Assembly (NCBI RefSeq): GCF_009914755.1
Contig: NC_060928.1
Origin: the human T2T-CHM13v2.0 reference genome, Homo sapiens
Strand: one strand, 5' to 3'
DNA: 64,000 nucleotides
A model generated the notes under the pieces. The model had not been told where the DNA came from and made no database searches. It saw nothing but the letters and a program-made list of their open reading frames with translations. This document shows, in pieces, positions 46,355 to 62,305 of the stretch. A program made the position numbers and the translations under genes. How positions within the stretch are numbered: position 1 is the stretch's first letter; the number at the start of each line of letters is the position of its first letter.

Positions 46355-48185
46355 GTAAGTAATAAATTATTTGAAGCACAACAGACATTTTATTTCTCTA
46401 TAAATGCTGAGTGGCTCTGATTGAACTAAAGATGCATGAGTAAGCTCTTGATCGAGTCATTTTCCCTTGAATTTAATTTTTTAAAAGGACATTAACTCCA
46501 TAGGGGAAGAGTACATCAGCTACTGATAAAATGCACTAAACTGGCAACCTGATAACTTTAATGAACTGATACCCTTCCCTAACAGCTAGTTCAACTTTCA
46601 TACCAGAAAACACATCATTCTCAGATATTTTCTCTTTGAATTGGCTTCTCACACTGTTCAATCCATTTTATCTTTACTGACTTCCATTCCCTTGTCCAAG
46701 AGCCGATAAATACTTAACAGTATGGTTTTCTTCTCTTTAGGAGGAAAAGGATATTTTAGTGACCATTACTAATAAATTTTGGTTTAGGAGTAAATCCTAC
46801 CATAAAAGAGATTTACCAAGTAGTGATTTTCCTCAGGCTATTGTGATAGTGGCACACCTCTTGCTCCTTCCTAAGTAAGAAATGATATCCCTCCATAGAG
46901 GACAAAACGGGGCGAGTTATCCAGAAAAACTGCAATAGAACTACCTGTGCAATAGAACTACCTTTGTCTTGTACTGTGCTGGTGAATTGACAGCACACAT
47001 TTCAGGGACGACCAAAGGGGATCATTATGAAATATCTCCATCGAAGGCTTAGTCAAGTAATCACTTAGATACTAGTTGAATAAATGAATATTGTGATTTT
47101 CCATCCTTGAATGGCAGAGGCATACACGGGCGTGAGAGCTGACAGATAAAGGAATTTTTGTAGCTTATCTAGTAAAGAAGTCTCAAGCTAGGCTTCCATG
47201 AAAACAGTTTGATGAAACCCCTAAAATAGTATGCAATAGATGACTATTAATAACTGTGTATTTTTTCTGAAAATGTTACATTTATTCCAGAAAATTCTCT
47301 ACAAAATTTAATAACCATATATTACATCAAAATCCTTCATTTTATAAACAATGCCTAAGGAAACTAAGTAACTGCCTCCAAGCCTATCAGCTGATTAGCA
47401 GCAAAGTTATGACTAAAATTCATAATATCCGAATCTCAAGATAGCTTTCTTTCCACTATAGACCCCTGCCACAAAGCAGTGGGCATAAGAGAGGAAGTGG
47501 TGGACATTAGAAATGGCAGAAAACATTTCAACTGATTTATTCACTCAGCAGACATTTATTCAGCACCTACTGTTCTAGACACTGACTTAGGCACTGCAGA
47601 TAGAACAATGAAACAACAAAAACAGCAAAAGTTCACTGCCTTCAAGGAGCTTTTAAGGAGTAGTGACTCAAGAGTGATTATGAAGATTTCGTGTATTAAA
47701 AATGAAAGAAAAGATGAGGGTATAATCTCACAATCTAAAATAATTACTTAAACTACCAGGGAAATACTGTTATGATTATTTCATTCTGGCTAGAAATTAT
47801 AGCCTCTCATACATTACCTATTCATGTATTAATTTGTTAACCTCTTCAAATAAACACTACTGAATGTTTATGATCATCAACTGACTTCCAGCAAGGTAAC
47901 TGTTGACCAGGCTCTAGGCTGTCCTACCACCTTAGCAGTTTTTATTAGATAACTTCTAGAACTAGTCTAGACCAGTTGTGGTCCATAGTTTCCCCTTAAG
48001 AGATTTCAGGTCTACTCACAAATCTATAAGTTACTAAAAATAGCATTCAAATAGATGAACAGATTACATGGGAGCTATATCAAATTCAATCCTACAATAA
48101 TAATAATAATCTATAATAGTGTTAATAACCTAGGTCTCTTTGAAGCTCTATTAATTTAATATTCAGATAAAGATGATAAAGTTTT

Positions 48186-48479
<294 letters not shown>

Positions 48480-48727
48480 CTACATGAAGGAACTAACAAG
48501 AGTTCCAACAGATAGAAATAGACCAAGTGAAAATCTGCATGACTCATTATAATGTTGTTGCTTTATATTTTTTTCCTGTGGCTTATAGTGTTACCATTAT
48601 TCTAAGTGTTGACCTTACAATACAATGTAAGAATTGTAACAGGAAAAGTGTTATTGTTTCTCAAATTCTGACGAAAATATATGTTTTCACTCTCAATGTT
48701 TCTTCTTCTCTCTCTGATTTCTCCTAG

Positions 48728-48786
48728 TTCTCTGTGTTCGAGACAAACCAGCCTATTTTGCTTATAGATTATATAGTGCAATTCAT
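48728..48786 (+). CDS. ANXA10: Annexin A10 exon 10 (59 nt): (V)LCVRDKPAYFAYRLYSAIH
   Basis: Long pyrimidine tract with ctcctag acceptor; gtaagt donor; annexin PAYFAxRLY motif. Confidence 0.97.
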
Positions 48787-49269
48787 GTAAGTAAGACATA
48801 TATTTTTAAAATTTCTCCAGAAATTGTGTCTGTTTTCTCAAAGGATTAATTTTACTTCCATCATTTAAATGTTCATTACCATTTTTGAACTTGTATGTAC
48901 AAAGAAAATACACCCAAGTGAGAAAAACTGGTTTAGACACCAAAAATAAGACATATCAGATAAAAATAATGTTCTGCTTTCTGTATCAAATTTAGGGAAC
49001 CATATTTGGGGTGTATCTCCCTGTGCACTTTAGAGATTATTTAATATCTGCAGAAACTGGTAAATTCAAATGTTTTTGTATGTTTCCAAAGACCCCCACA
49101 TCAGACTTATGCAAGTACAAAACATATGGCATTAAGCAGAAAATGTCAAAATATTACAAACTCTCAGCAAGCAATTGCCACGTTCGTGAAGTTTCAATAC
49201 ACGAAATTATGTCAATGGATATTTTTGAACATTGTGCTATTTTCAAAAAGTATTTAAAGTGATAACTAG

Positions 49270-49685
<416 letters not shown>

Positions 49686-49781
49686 TGGAGCGTTCATTTT
49701 TTTAAAAAACAAACACTTAAGTGCATCATCACATAATGCACTCCTTATCCATATCTACATGAAACAAAAAAAGAAAGTCTC

Positions 49782-50090
49782 GGCCGCGCGCAGTGGCTCA
49801 TGCCTGTAATCCCAGCACTTTGGGAGGCCGAGGCGGGTGGATCACGAGGTCAGGAGATCTAGACTGTCCTGGCTAACACGGTAAAACCCCGTCTCTACTA
49901 AAAATACAAAAAATTAGCCGGGCGTGGTTGCAGGCGTCTGTAGTTCCAGCTACTCGGGAGGCTGAGGCAGGAGAATGGCCTGAACCCTGGAGGCGGAGCT
50001 TGCGTGAGCCGAGATCGCGCCACTGCACTCCGGCCTGGGCGACAGAGCGAGACACCGTCTCGGAAAAAAAAAAAAAGAAAAAAGAAAAGA
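49782..50090 (+). mobile_element. AluY
   Basis: CpG-rich AluY body; TSD aaaagaaagtctc. Confidence 0.96.
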
Positions 50091-50941
50091 AAAAGAAAGT
50101 CTCATAGAGATAATTATATACATGTCGTAGCCTTGAAAACTCAAAGAAAACGATTAAAAATAATCCAATAATACAGTAATTTTAATCATCAGTTTTATCC
50201 TCAAGGTAAATTTAACAGATATACTTCTTAAAAGTAGCCAGCATGCTGGGAAAATATGTTAATAGTCAGGAGTATGTTATTATATATCTTCTGCAGTGTA
50301 TTTTCTCATTTATGCAAAGGAAGAACCTGGATAACCCCAGAACACAAAAGGAAGATCAATGCTCACAGTCTTGCTTCTCTCCTATTCTATTTTCTAGGAG
50401 AAACAGTTGATTTGGTTAAACATTTATTTGAAATAGTGTATTTGGAAATGCTATAGGATGATTTCAATTGTTTCCTTCTCAAAGAACCAACCACTACAAC
50501 AACAGTATGAAGCTTCACTTGTGAATGATTATGGGAAAATAACTACAATTACCTTGATTCCAATTATGCACAAATTCAAGGCTACTTATTCTAATAGTAC
50601 ATGAAAACTGTATTTTTGCTGTGTATGTGTTATAAGGCAATAGGAAGATATGCGTATTCACAAATGGTTTGTAGGTACGGAGAAGGATTGTATATTCAAG
50701 TAATGTAATTTTTGATACCTGAAGACCTCAAATGTCAAATGTTTGTCAAAAAGCTGCTTTAATCACCCCTGAACCAAAGATATATTCTGTGTTCTCCTCC
50801 AGTGAACTCTAAAGTGAACGATCTACATTTTAAGTTTGAATACTTGTTAGATCATTCATTTTAACCACCTCAAAATATGAAAAGTTTATTAGTAATATAC
50901 ATTCAAAACATTGTCTTCAAAAATCAGATTCTGTTTTCTGG

Positions 50942-50955
50942 CCACTAGATGTCAC
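50942..50955 (+). promoter_or_regulatory. Candidate CTCF motif (1 mismatch)
   Basis: TGG-CCACTAGATGTCAC is a 13/14 match to CCASYAGRKGGCRS. Confidence 0.4.
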
Positions 50956-51605
50956 GATTACTCTGTTTGGAAAGACAATTTGAAACTGATTTGTTAGGGT
51001 GCAGTATTTCTGGGGCTAGCATACAGACATTGATTTTGTATTTTTCTGCATTTGAATTTAAACCGGCAAATATTTGAATCACCTAGAATTCTAATTTTTT
51101 ATAATTTATCAATGATGACAAGAAAATAAAATTAAAATGTTACTGCTGTCTTAGACAAATCAATGTCCATCTGACAGAGCTGAGAATGTCTTCCCCTCCA
51201 AGGAAGAATTCTTACCAGGAAGGACCACAGGATCAGATTTGCAGTTTATAATGCAGTGTGAGTGGGACGGTGTGAAGGTTAACAAGGCTAGAAAGGGGGA
51301 GCAACTATTGCAGAATCAGGGTGAAATGATAAGGGTCAGAGTCAAGGTCGTGGCACTGGAATAGAGAGCACAAGGCATTCAGAAAATAGAAGAGAATAAT
51401 TCACTGTCAGCATGCGGTAAGGGAGAGGGAGAAGTGACAGAAATGACTCAGGATCTGAGCCACAGCCTGTGTGGCCAGTGATGCCAGTGTTGGAAGAACT
51501 CAGGAAGAAGAGAAAATGACTACAGAAAAGGGGTGTGTCCACTTGGGACAGACTGACTTTTAGGATGCTGTCTTCTCATTTCTCCCACTTTTCTGTATCT
51601 TTTAG

Positions 51606-51728
51606 GACTTTGGTTTCCATAATAAAACTGTAATCAGGATTCTCATTGCCAGAAGTGAAATAGACCTGCTGACCATAAGGAAACGATACAAAGAGCGATA
51701 TGGAAAATCCCTATTTCATGATATCAGA
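51606..51728 (+). CDS. ANXA10: Annexin A10 exon 11 (123 nt): [41 protein letters not shown]
   Basis: tttttag acceptor and gtaagt donor; annexin repeat IV RSEIDL...YGKSL motif. Confidence 0.98.
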
Positions 51729-51920
51729 GTAAGTTTCCGACACATGATTTATTTGGACCCACATTTTCTCCTTTTTGAAACTGAGATAAAAGTTCTCATT
51801 CAAATAACTTCATGGCAGACTCTAAAAAGTTAACTATTCAGACAGGGATAACCTAGTTTTTTTCCTCTACACAGTCTTTAGAACATCGGCAGGTGCTAAC
51901 TTAGAAAACCCTTTACCTCA

Positions 51921-52238
<318 letters not shown>

Positions 52239-53400
52239 TCAGCGACAGAACTTATTCCTCTTTGATGTGTTTTACCCAGAAGCATTGATGCAGTCATGCA
52301 AAATATTCATTCTCTATAATTGTGCTTAAAGAGCTAAATTCTGAAGTATGATCAGGCTCAGGAAAAATATATATTGCAAAAGGCTGCACTACTTTTGAAG
52401 AGGTTTCTTAAATCAGTTGAGCTGTCCTCTCATATTGTCATAGAAGGCAGGGCAGTCAGTCAAATATCATAAACTGCTAATTCGGAGGGACTTAATGTTC
52501 CTAGCTATATACAACTCTACATATCCTTATCCCTTTAGCCCTTGAAGGGCAAAGGAGCAATGATTCAGTACTGAACAAGCCAGTGTTTTCATTCTGATAC
52601 TTTTAAACTTCATGCATTTTGATACAACCTAACAAAGAATCCTCAGAATATATAGGACCATTTACTAACTGAGAGCCTAGTGGAAAATAAAAATGCTTGG
52701 CACTGTGTTCAAAAAAGTTTCAAGAATTTCAGGATGGGGAGAGCAGAGCATTAAACCAAGCCAAGCACAGGGACATAAGAATAGAACTGAACTTATATTT
52801 TGTGCAGAACTAAAAGCTATTACCTTGTTCACGTTGTTTTCATCTGAAATTTGTAATTCCAAGAAGCAGTGTTTTAGTTTATTGAAAGAGTAATCTAGAA
52901 GCAATCTAAAGCCCAAGAGATCACATAATACAGAAGACTTTGTAGGCCTCTGGAGAGCTGAAATGGTTTCTAAGAGGAAGAGTTGATGGAGCAGTTAAGA
53001 GAAATCTTATTCCTTCATCTTTGATAAAACTCTCCTACAGCCACTTTCAAAACTCTAAACTCTTTTAGTGATGAGAAATGCATGGCATAATTCATTTTCT
53101 AAATGAACACATTAGTTCTTAGGCACTTATTATAATTAATCACAACCGACTCAAAGTCTGCTAATATGAAAATGTAATTAATGTAACTTTGCTATGTACA
53201 TTTAAAGTACTGAATTATCATTACATGACTTTGTGCCAAAGCACCTTAATATGAAAGTTGATACTTAACAAAGAAACATTTTATAATATTTATTTACTAC
53301 TATCATTGATTTTGGAAAATATAGAAATTATAGAAGATCATTACAAGAAAATTAAAACCTCCCTAATTTTCTACAGAAAATCATTAATAAACTTTTATTC

Positions 53401-53756
53401 TGCTATGGTGTGCATGTTTGTGTCTCCTGAAAATGTATCTGCTGAAATTCTAACCCCAAAGAAGTGATGATACTAGGAGGTGGGGTCTTTGTGAGGTGAT
53501 TAGGACATGAACGTGGAGCCCATGAATGGGATTAATGTCCTTATAAAATAGGCCAAAGAGAACACCTTTGTCCCTTCTGCCATGTGAGCTTAGAATGAGA
53601 AGAAGGCTGTCTACGAGAGACAGGCACTCAGCAGGCACCACATCTGCCTGATCTTGGCCTTGCCAGCCTCTAGAGCTGTTAGAAATAAATTCCTATTGTT
53701 TATAAGTCACCCAGTTTATGGTACTTTTGTCACAGCTGCCTGAACACACTAAGACA
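53401..53756 (+). mobile_element. MaLR solo LTR, MLT1A-like
   Basis: tgctatggtgtgcatgtttgtgtctcc...gaatgggattaatgtccttataaa...aataaattcctattgtttataag...ctaagaca. Confidence 0.85.
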
Positions 53757-54412
53757 GGTACTTTCAGTCATTTTCTAAAGCTATATAAATAATAATATGT
53801 TTTGCTATGTAAAAGAGTATTTTTATTGAATCATGGTATTCTGCTGTATAAGCTATAAAGTACACAAACTACCTCACATTATTATACATTGCTTCTCAGT
53901 TTTTCACTATTATACATAATATTATGGTGTATATATTTTTAGCACAAAACTTTGTGCTTATCAATGATTGATAATAACTTTCTTAATATATATTTCTTGA
54001 GGTAGAATTACTACATTAATAATTATAAATATTTTTAAATCTTTTGAGACATATTAATTTGTTCTCCACATTCTACATTCATTTATAACAATAATAGTAA
54101 TAACATTAGGGTACAACTTCCTAAAGTTGAGGAGAATATTTAATTCTAAGGCAAGTTCTTATAAATACACATTCAGGTTCAACCGACTTTATATAAACCA
54201 CATACTACTGACTGTAACCAGAGCATTATTCTTCAACAACTTTCATTGGGAGCAGTACTTAGGGCATGTTAAACCTTTAGATGAGAAAAGTAAATAAGTT
54301 TAGAAAGGCTAATGGTCCATGGCTCTTTCATAGTGCAGTCCAGAGGAATTATGCTTCCTTTTTAGAACTATTATGATATTTTATTTCAAATATATTATAT
54401 TTTTCTTTTCAG

Positions 54413-54481
54413 AATTTTGCTTCAGGGCATTATAAGAAAGCACTGCTTGCCATCTGTGCTGGTGATGCTGAGGACTACTAA
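54413..54481 (+). CDS. ANXA10: Annexin A10 exon 12 coding part: NFASGHYKKALLAICAGDAEDY*
   Basis: ttttcttttcag acceptor; annexin SGxYKKALL C-terminal motif; TAA at 54479-54481. In-window coding exons total 875 nt; adding 100 nt from upstream exons 1-2 gives 324 aa plus stop. Confidence 0.97.
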   Translation, partial: NFASGHYKKALLAICAGDAEDY

Positions 54482-54656
54482 AATGAAGAGGACTTGGAGT
54501 ACTGTGCACTCCTCTTTCTAGACACTTCCAAATAGAGATTTTCTCACAAATTTGTACTGTTCATGGCACTATTAACAAAACTATACAATCATATTTTCTC
54601 TTCTATCTTTGAAATTATTCTAAGCCAAAGAAAACTATGAATGAAAGTATATGATA

Positions 54657-54692
54657 CTGAATTTGCCTACTATCCTGAATTTGCCTACTATC
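54657..54692 (+). repeat. Perfect 18-bp tandem duplication in the 3'UTR (ctgaatttgcctactatc x2)
   Basis: Read directly. Confidence 0.95.
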
Positions 54693-54701
54693 TAATCAGC
54701 A

Positions 54702-54711
54702 ATTAAATAAA
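54702..54711 (+). terminator. Overlapping ATTAAA/AATAAA polyadenylation signals; a further AATAAA lies at 54892-54897
   Basis: attaaataaa about 220 nt after the stop codon. Confidence 0.65.
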
Positions 54712-54958
54712 TTGTGCATGATGGAATAATAGAAAAATTGCATTGGAATAGATTTTATTTAAATGTGAACCATCAACAACCTACAACAAGAGAGTCTGCT
54801 CAAGGCCGTCTTTATCGTGATTTGAAAGACCAAGGAAAATGCAGTGTGACCATCCTAGTTTGGGGAATTTTTGAGACTCCTATACAATTACAATAAAGCT
54901 AGAGTGATCATCTACAGCAGGCTTTAAAAATAAGTAAAGACGTAAACCAGCAAAATGT

Positions 54959-55252
54959 GGCCGGGCATGGTGGCTCATGCCTATAATCTCAGCACTTTGG
55001 GAGGCCAAGGCAGGCAGATCACTAGGTCAGGAGTTCGAGACCAGCCTGACCAACATGGTGAAACCCTGTCTCTACTAAAAATACAAAAATTAGCTGGGCG
55101 TAGTGGCAGGTGCCTGTAATCCCAGCTACTCAGGAGGCTGAGGCAGAAGAATCGCTTGAACACAGGAGATAGAGGTTTTGGTGAGCCGAGATCGCACCAC
55201 TGCACTCCAGCCTGGGCGACACAGCAAGACTCTGTCTCAAAAAAAAAAAAAA
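54959..55252 (+). mobile_element. Alu (AluS)
   Basis: Alu body; TSD aagacgtaaaccagcaaaatg / aagatataaaccagtaaaatg. Confidence 0.95.
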
Positions 55253-55335
55253 GATATAAACCAGTAAAATGCAGCCAGATATATGCTTGCCTGGATTAGA
55301 CGTATAAGAGATTTGGGTGTAAAAATACTGTGTGT

Positions 55336-55593
55336 GGCCAGGCGCGGTGGCTCACACCTGTAATCCCAACACTTTGGGAGGCTGAGGCGGGTGGATCACG
55401 AGGTCAGGAGATTGAGACCACGGTGAAACCCCATCTCTACTAAAAATACAAAAAATTAGCCGGGCACGGTGGTGGGCGCGTATAGTCCCACCTACTTGGG
55501 AGGCTGAGGCAGGAGAATGGTGAGAACCAGAGAGGCGGAGCCTAGATCACACCACTGCACTCCAGCCTGGGAGACAAAGCAAGACTCCCTCTC

Positions 55594-55626
<33 letters not shown>

Positions 55627-55660
55627 TATAGTGTGTGTGTGTGTGTGCACGTGTGTGTGT
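55336..55660 (+). mobile_element. Alu (AluY/Sc-like, small deletions) with a tail-derived (TA)n(GT)n repeat
   Basis: Alu body followed by an A-run, (TA)n and (GT)n. Confidence 0.93.
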
Positions 55661-56671
55661 TTGACTTGCAGCTATTCTTTTTTTGTGACAGTACTTAACC
55701 AACTACTTGCCCAAGCTATGTGAGAAAAGCCATTTCTCTCTGTTTTTATCTTCACCTTTTAACAGCAGCCTCAACGACTTTTGGAAGTTATGATATGCTT
55801 TTTTGGTGCCATCAGTAGAGCATGGTCTCTTCTGTCTCTCAAGGTTCAGAAAGTTAGGAGTGACAAAGAAAAAATACTCACTGAGATCAGATTTGGGGAA
55901 TAACCTAAACTGATGCCACAATCTAGCCAGGACTGAAACCAGAGGCAAGATGGGTGAGTGTAACCTGGAACCAAAAGGAAGAAAATTCTCATCCTGAAAA
56001 CACATGAAAGTGTAAAATTCACTAGTAAAGCAAACACACAAATGAGGAAGAGAAAGGAGTCACATGGTACCACCACTGAAAAACACCAAACCACAAGAAT
56101 AAACAGAGGAAAAAAAAAGAAGCAAAGAATATACAAAACAACCAGTAAATAACTAACAATATGATAGGAACAAAACCTCGTATATCAGTAATAACCTTGA
56201 ATAAAAACAGATTACATTCTCCACTTAAAAGATATACACTGGCTGAAAGGCTAAAAACAGATCCAACTATATGCTGCCTACAAGAAATGCACTTCACCTA
56301 TGAAGACACATATAGACTGAAAATAAAACTATGGAAAAGATATTTCAAGCAAACAGAAACCCAAAGCAAGCAGAAGTAGCTATATTTATAGTACATAAAA
56401 TAGACTTTATGTCAAAAAGTAAGAAAAAGACTACATAAGTCATTTCATAATAATAAAAGAACCAATCCAGTGAAATGAAATAACAATTCTAAATATATAT
56501 GTACCCAACATTAGAGCATCCAGATTCAGAGAGTAAATACTACCAGATCTAAACAGAGAGATGAACTCCAATACAATAATATTGCAAGAATTCAACACCC
56601 CACCTTTAGCATTAGGCAGATCATTGAGAAATAAAATTAACAAAGAAACATTGTATTTAAACTGCACTTTA

Positions 56672-56888
<217 letters not shown>

Positions 56889-59816
56889 CTATAACAACTA
56901 CAGAAGACACATTCTTCTTATCAGCACGTGCAACATTCTCCAGAAAGGACTATATATTAGACCATAAAACAGTCCCATTGAATTTTTAAAAAATCAAAGT
57001 CATATCAAGCATCTTTTCAGACTACAATGAAATAAAACTAAAAATCCATAACAAGAGGAACTTTGGAATGTATACAAATAGGTGGAAATCAAACATGTTG
57101 CTAGATGAACATCAGATCAGTAAAAAAAATGAAGATGGAAATCAGAAAGTTTCTTGGACAAATGAAAATGGAAACACAACATACCAAAACCTGTGTAATA
57201 CAGTAAAAGCAGTGCTAAGAAGGAAGTTTATAGCAATAAATAACTACATAAAGAAATATTTCAAATAAAATCTGACAATGCACTTCAAGGAACTAGAGGA
57301 TCAAAAACAAACAATACCCAAAATTAGCAGAAGAAAAGAAAAATAAAGATTACAGCAGAACTAAATGAAGTTGAGACTAAAAAAACCAATACAAAGGATC
57401 ACCAAAATGAAAAAATGGTTCTTCTAGAAAAGAATCAAAATTGATAAACTTCTAGCTAGACTAACCAAGAATAGAGACACAAACAAACAAAAACAGAAAT
57501 GAAAATGGAGGCATTAAAACTGATATCACAGAAATATAGAAGATAATCAAAGACTATTATGAACAACTGTATGCTAACAACCTGAAAAACCTAGGAGAAA
57601 TGAATAAATTCGTGCAAACATAAAACCTATCAAGATTGAATCAGAAAGAAATAGAAAACAAGAAAAGACCAATAATGAATAGTAATTAGAATTGGTAATA
57701 AAATGTCTTCCAACAAAGAAAAGACCAGGACCAAATAGATTCTCTGCTGAATTCTGTCAAATGTATAATGAAGAACTTATATCAATCCTCCACAAACTAT
57801 TCCAAAAGACTGAAGAGGAGGGAATTCTCCCTAACTCATTTAACAAGGCCAGCATTACCAAATGCTGATACCAAAACCAGACAAGGAAAACTACAGGCCA
57901 ATATACCTGATGAACATAGATGCAAAAATCCTAAAGAAAATACTGGCAAATTAAATCCAATAGCACATCAAAAGGATAATACATCACAAACAAGTGGGAC
58001 TTATTCCAGGGGTACTATGATGGGTTGACATATGCAGATGAATAAATATGATGATAAATCACATCAACAGAATGAAGGACAAGAAACGTGATTATCTCAA
58101 TAGATGCAGAAAAAGTATTTGATAAAATCCAACACTCCCTCATGATAAAAACACTCAACAAACTAGGTATAGAAGGAACATATAACAAAATAATAAAGGT
58201 CATTTATTACAAACCCACAGCTAACATCATACTGAATGGAGAAATATGGAAAGCATTTCATCCAGGAACTGGAACAAGACAAGGATGTCTACTTGCATCA
58301 CTCCTATTCAACATGTTACTGGAAACCTTAGCCAGATTAGTCAGTTAAGAAAAAGAAATAAAATGCATCCAAATTGGGGAAAAGGAAGTCAAATTGTCCC
58401 TCTCTGCAGATAACAGAATTTTATATTATTTTAAAAAAAGAAAAAACAAAAGACTCCACAAAAAACTCCTAGAACTGATAAGCATATGCAGTAAAGTTTC
58501 AGGATACAAAATCATAACACAAAAATCAGTCACATGCCTATACACCAATAACGAAATACCCCAAAGAGAAATCAAGAACTAAATCCTATTTACAACAGCT
58601 ACCAAAAAAATGCCTAGGAATAACTTTAATGAAGGAAGTGAAAGATTTCTACTAGGAAAACTACAAAACACTGATGAAAAAATTAAAGAGGACAAATGGA
58701 AAGATACTATGTGCTCATGGATCAGAAGAATTAATATCATTAAAATGATTATGTAACCCAAAGCAATCTACAGATTCAATTCAATCCCTATCAAAACACC
58801 AATGTCAGTTTTCACAAAAATAGAAAAAATTAGCCTGACACTTGTATTAATCAAAAAAGATCCAGAAAAGCTAAAGCAATCCTGAGCAAAAAACAAAGCC
58901 AGAGACATCACAATACCTGATTTCCCAACATATTACAAGCCTATAGTAACCAAAACAACATTGTATTAATGGAAAAATAGACAGATAGACCAAAGAAACA
59001 GAATAGAGACTCAAGAAATAAATCTATATATTTACAGTCAATTGATCTTCAACAAAGTCATGAGGAACATACACTGGGGAAAAGACACCTTCTTCAATAA
59101 ATGGTACATTAAAAAAAACTGGCTAGCCATATGCAGAAGAATGAGACTAGACCCCTATGTCTATGTACAAAAATCAACTCAAGATGGATGAACAACTTAA
59201 ATGTGATACCTGAAACTATAAAACTACTAGAAGAATACATAGGGAAAACTCTTCAGGACACTGGTCCATGCAACGATTTTATGACTAAAACCTCAAAATC
59301 ACAAGCAACAGAACCCAAAATAGACAAAAGGGACTATATTAAACATAAAAGCTTCTGCACAGCAAAAGAAACATTCAATAAGTGAAGAGACAACTGCTTG
59401 AATAGGAGAAACTGTTTGCAAACTACTCATTCAAAAGGGGGCTGTATCCAGAATATATAAGGAACTCAAACAACTCAACAGTAAAAAACCAATAGTCCCA
59501 TTAAAAATTGGGCTAAGACATGAATAGACGTTTCTCAAGAAGAAATACAAGTGGCCAAGAGGTATATGACAAAATGCTCAAGATCACTAATCATCAGGGA
59601 AATGCAAGTCAAAACTACAATGAGATATCACCTCACCTCAGTTACAATGGCTTTTATTTAAAAATCACAAAATAACAGATGCTGGTGAGAATCCAGAGAA
59701 AAGGGAACTATTAAACACTGTTGGTGAAATGTAAATTATGCAGCCACTATAAAAAGCAGTGTGGAGATTTCTCAATAAACTAAAAATAGTACTACCACAT
59801 GATCCAGAAATCCCAC

Positions 59817-60673
<857 letters not shown>

Positions 60674-61237
60674 CCACTACTGAATATTTATCCAAAGGAA
60701 AATAAATCTGTATATCAGAGGGATACCTGTACTCATAGTTATTGTATCACTCTTCACAATAGCAAAGATATGGAATCAACCTAGGTGTCTATCAATAGAT
60801 GACTCAATAAAGAAAATGTGGCATAAACACACAATAGAATACTAATTGGCCATAGAAGAAGAATGAAATCACGTCATTTGCAGCAACATGAATGGAACTG
60901 GAGGTTATTATACTAAGTGAAATAAGTCAGGCACAGAAAGACAAATACCACATCTTCTCATTCATATGTGGGAGTTAAGAAACTTGATCTCATTAACATG
61001 GAGAATAAAATGCTAGATACCAGAGAGTGGGAAAGGTGGGTAGGCAGGCGGCTGTATAAAGAGATGTTGGTTAATGGGTATTAACATGCATTTAGATGGA
61101 AAAAAATAAGTCCTAATGTTTGGTAGCAGACTATGATGACTACACTTAGCAAGAATATTGTGATAAAACTTGAAATGATACCAAAATATAGAAAGGATAA
61201 ATATGCAAGGTGACAGATACCCCAAGTACCCTGATGT

Positions 61238-61705
61238 TGAAACCAACCCAATAGTCCCATATACTGTTCTTTTTGATAAACGTAGAAATTGATCCTTCTG
61301 CTCTTAAAGCTTGAAGCTTATATTTGTTTTATCTGAGTTCCTTCCTTTGGACAGGATCTTCAGGCCTCTCAGAAAAGTATCAAAGAACTGAAATTTGCCT
61401 CAGAAAAGTATCAAAGGACTGAAACTCACCAGATCACAGCACCAGTTGTCAGACTTCTCATTCATGATGATGGCTTCCTTGCCCCTCCTTAGTTCCTGTT
61501 TTCTTATGCATGGTTACATTTCTTCCCTGCTATATAAACCCATAGTTAGTCAGTCAGGGAGATGAACTGGAGACTGAGCTCCCATCTCCTTGTCTGCAGC
61601 ACCAAGTTAAAGCCTTCTTCCTTGGCAGTACTCATCATCTCAGTGATTGGCTTTCTGTGCAGTGAGCAGTAGGGCCTAGACCAAACCCTTGGTATTGCAG
61701 TAACA
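61238..61705 (+). mobile_element. Solo LTR (LTR47-like; subfamily uncertain) inside the L1 3'UTR
   Basis: TG...CA ends (tgaaaccaacccaatagtccc ... gcagtaaca); tatataaa box; internal duplication of ctcagaaaagtatcaaag(a/g)actgaaa. Confidence 0.7.
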
Positions 61706-62039
61706 ATGGGACCATTACATATTCTATCCCTGCAACAAACACTCACATGTACCCCATAAATATGTAAAATATTATATATCAAGGAAAGAAAAATAATGGG
61801 TAACTAGGTAACATGAACAAATTAATTTGCATCACTATGGTAATAATTTTACTATCTATAGCTATATCTTAAAACATCATGTTGTATACCTTACATATAT
61901 ACATTCAAATTTATTTTTTAAAATGGAAGATATATTTCAATAACGTTAGAAAATGAGAAGGGATCAAAATGATAAGACATAAAAATCAATGGAAATGAAA
62001 GGAAGTGGCAATTGAGAAAATGAGGAACAATAATAGTAT

Positions 62040-62305
62040 AAGACTAAAAATCCATATTAGCAATTACTTTAAATGTAAATGGTTTAAACACTCCAATCCA
62101 AAGGTAGACATTGGCAGAATAGATTAAAAAAATAAACATAATCGAATATATACTGTCTGAAAAGACTCCTTTTAGATCCCAAAGCACAAAGAGGCTGGAA
62201 GTAAAATGATGGGAAAAGATATTCTATGCAAACAGCAAATAAAAGAGATTTGGTTTGGCTATACTAATATCAGACAACATAGATTTTCAGTCAGAAACTG
62301 TTATA
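62040..62305 (+). mobile_element. Old L1M ORF2 endonuclease-region fragment
   Basis: aattactttaaatgtaaatggtttaaacactccaatc...ggctatactaatatcagacaac. Confidence 0.7.

Larger units (their letters stand above)
54482..54790 (+). other. ANXA10: ANXA10 3'UTR (3' end approximate)
   Basis: AU-rich unique sequence after the stop codon that contains poly(A) hexamers; the exact cleavage site cannot be read from sequence. Confidence 0.75.

Noticed and set aside
46931-46963. Short tandem duplications (tgcaatagaactacct x2; also ~11702-11729 and 30901-30950)
   Set aside because: Ordinary intronic slippage duplications with no functional cue
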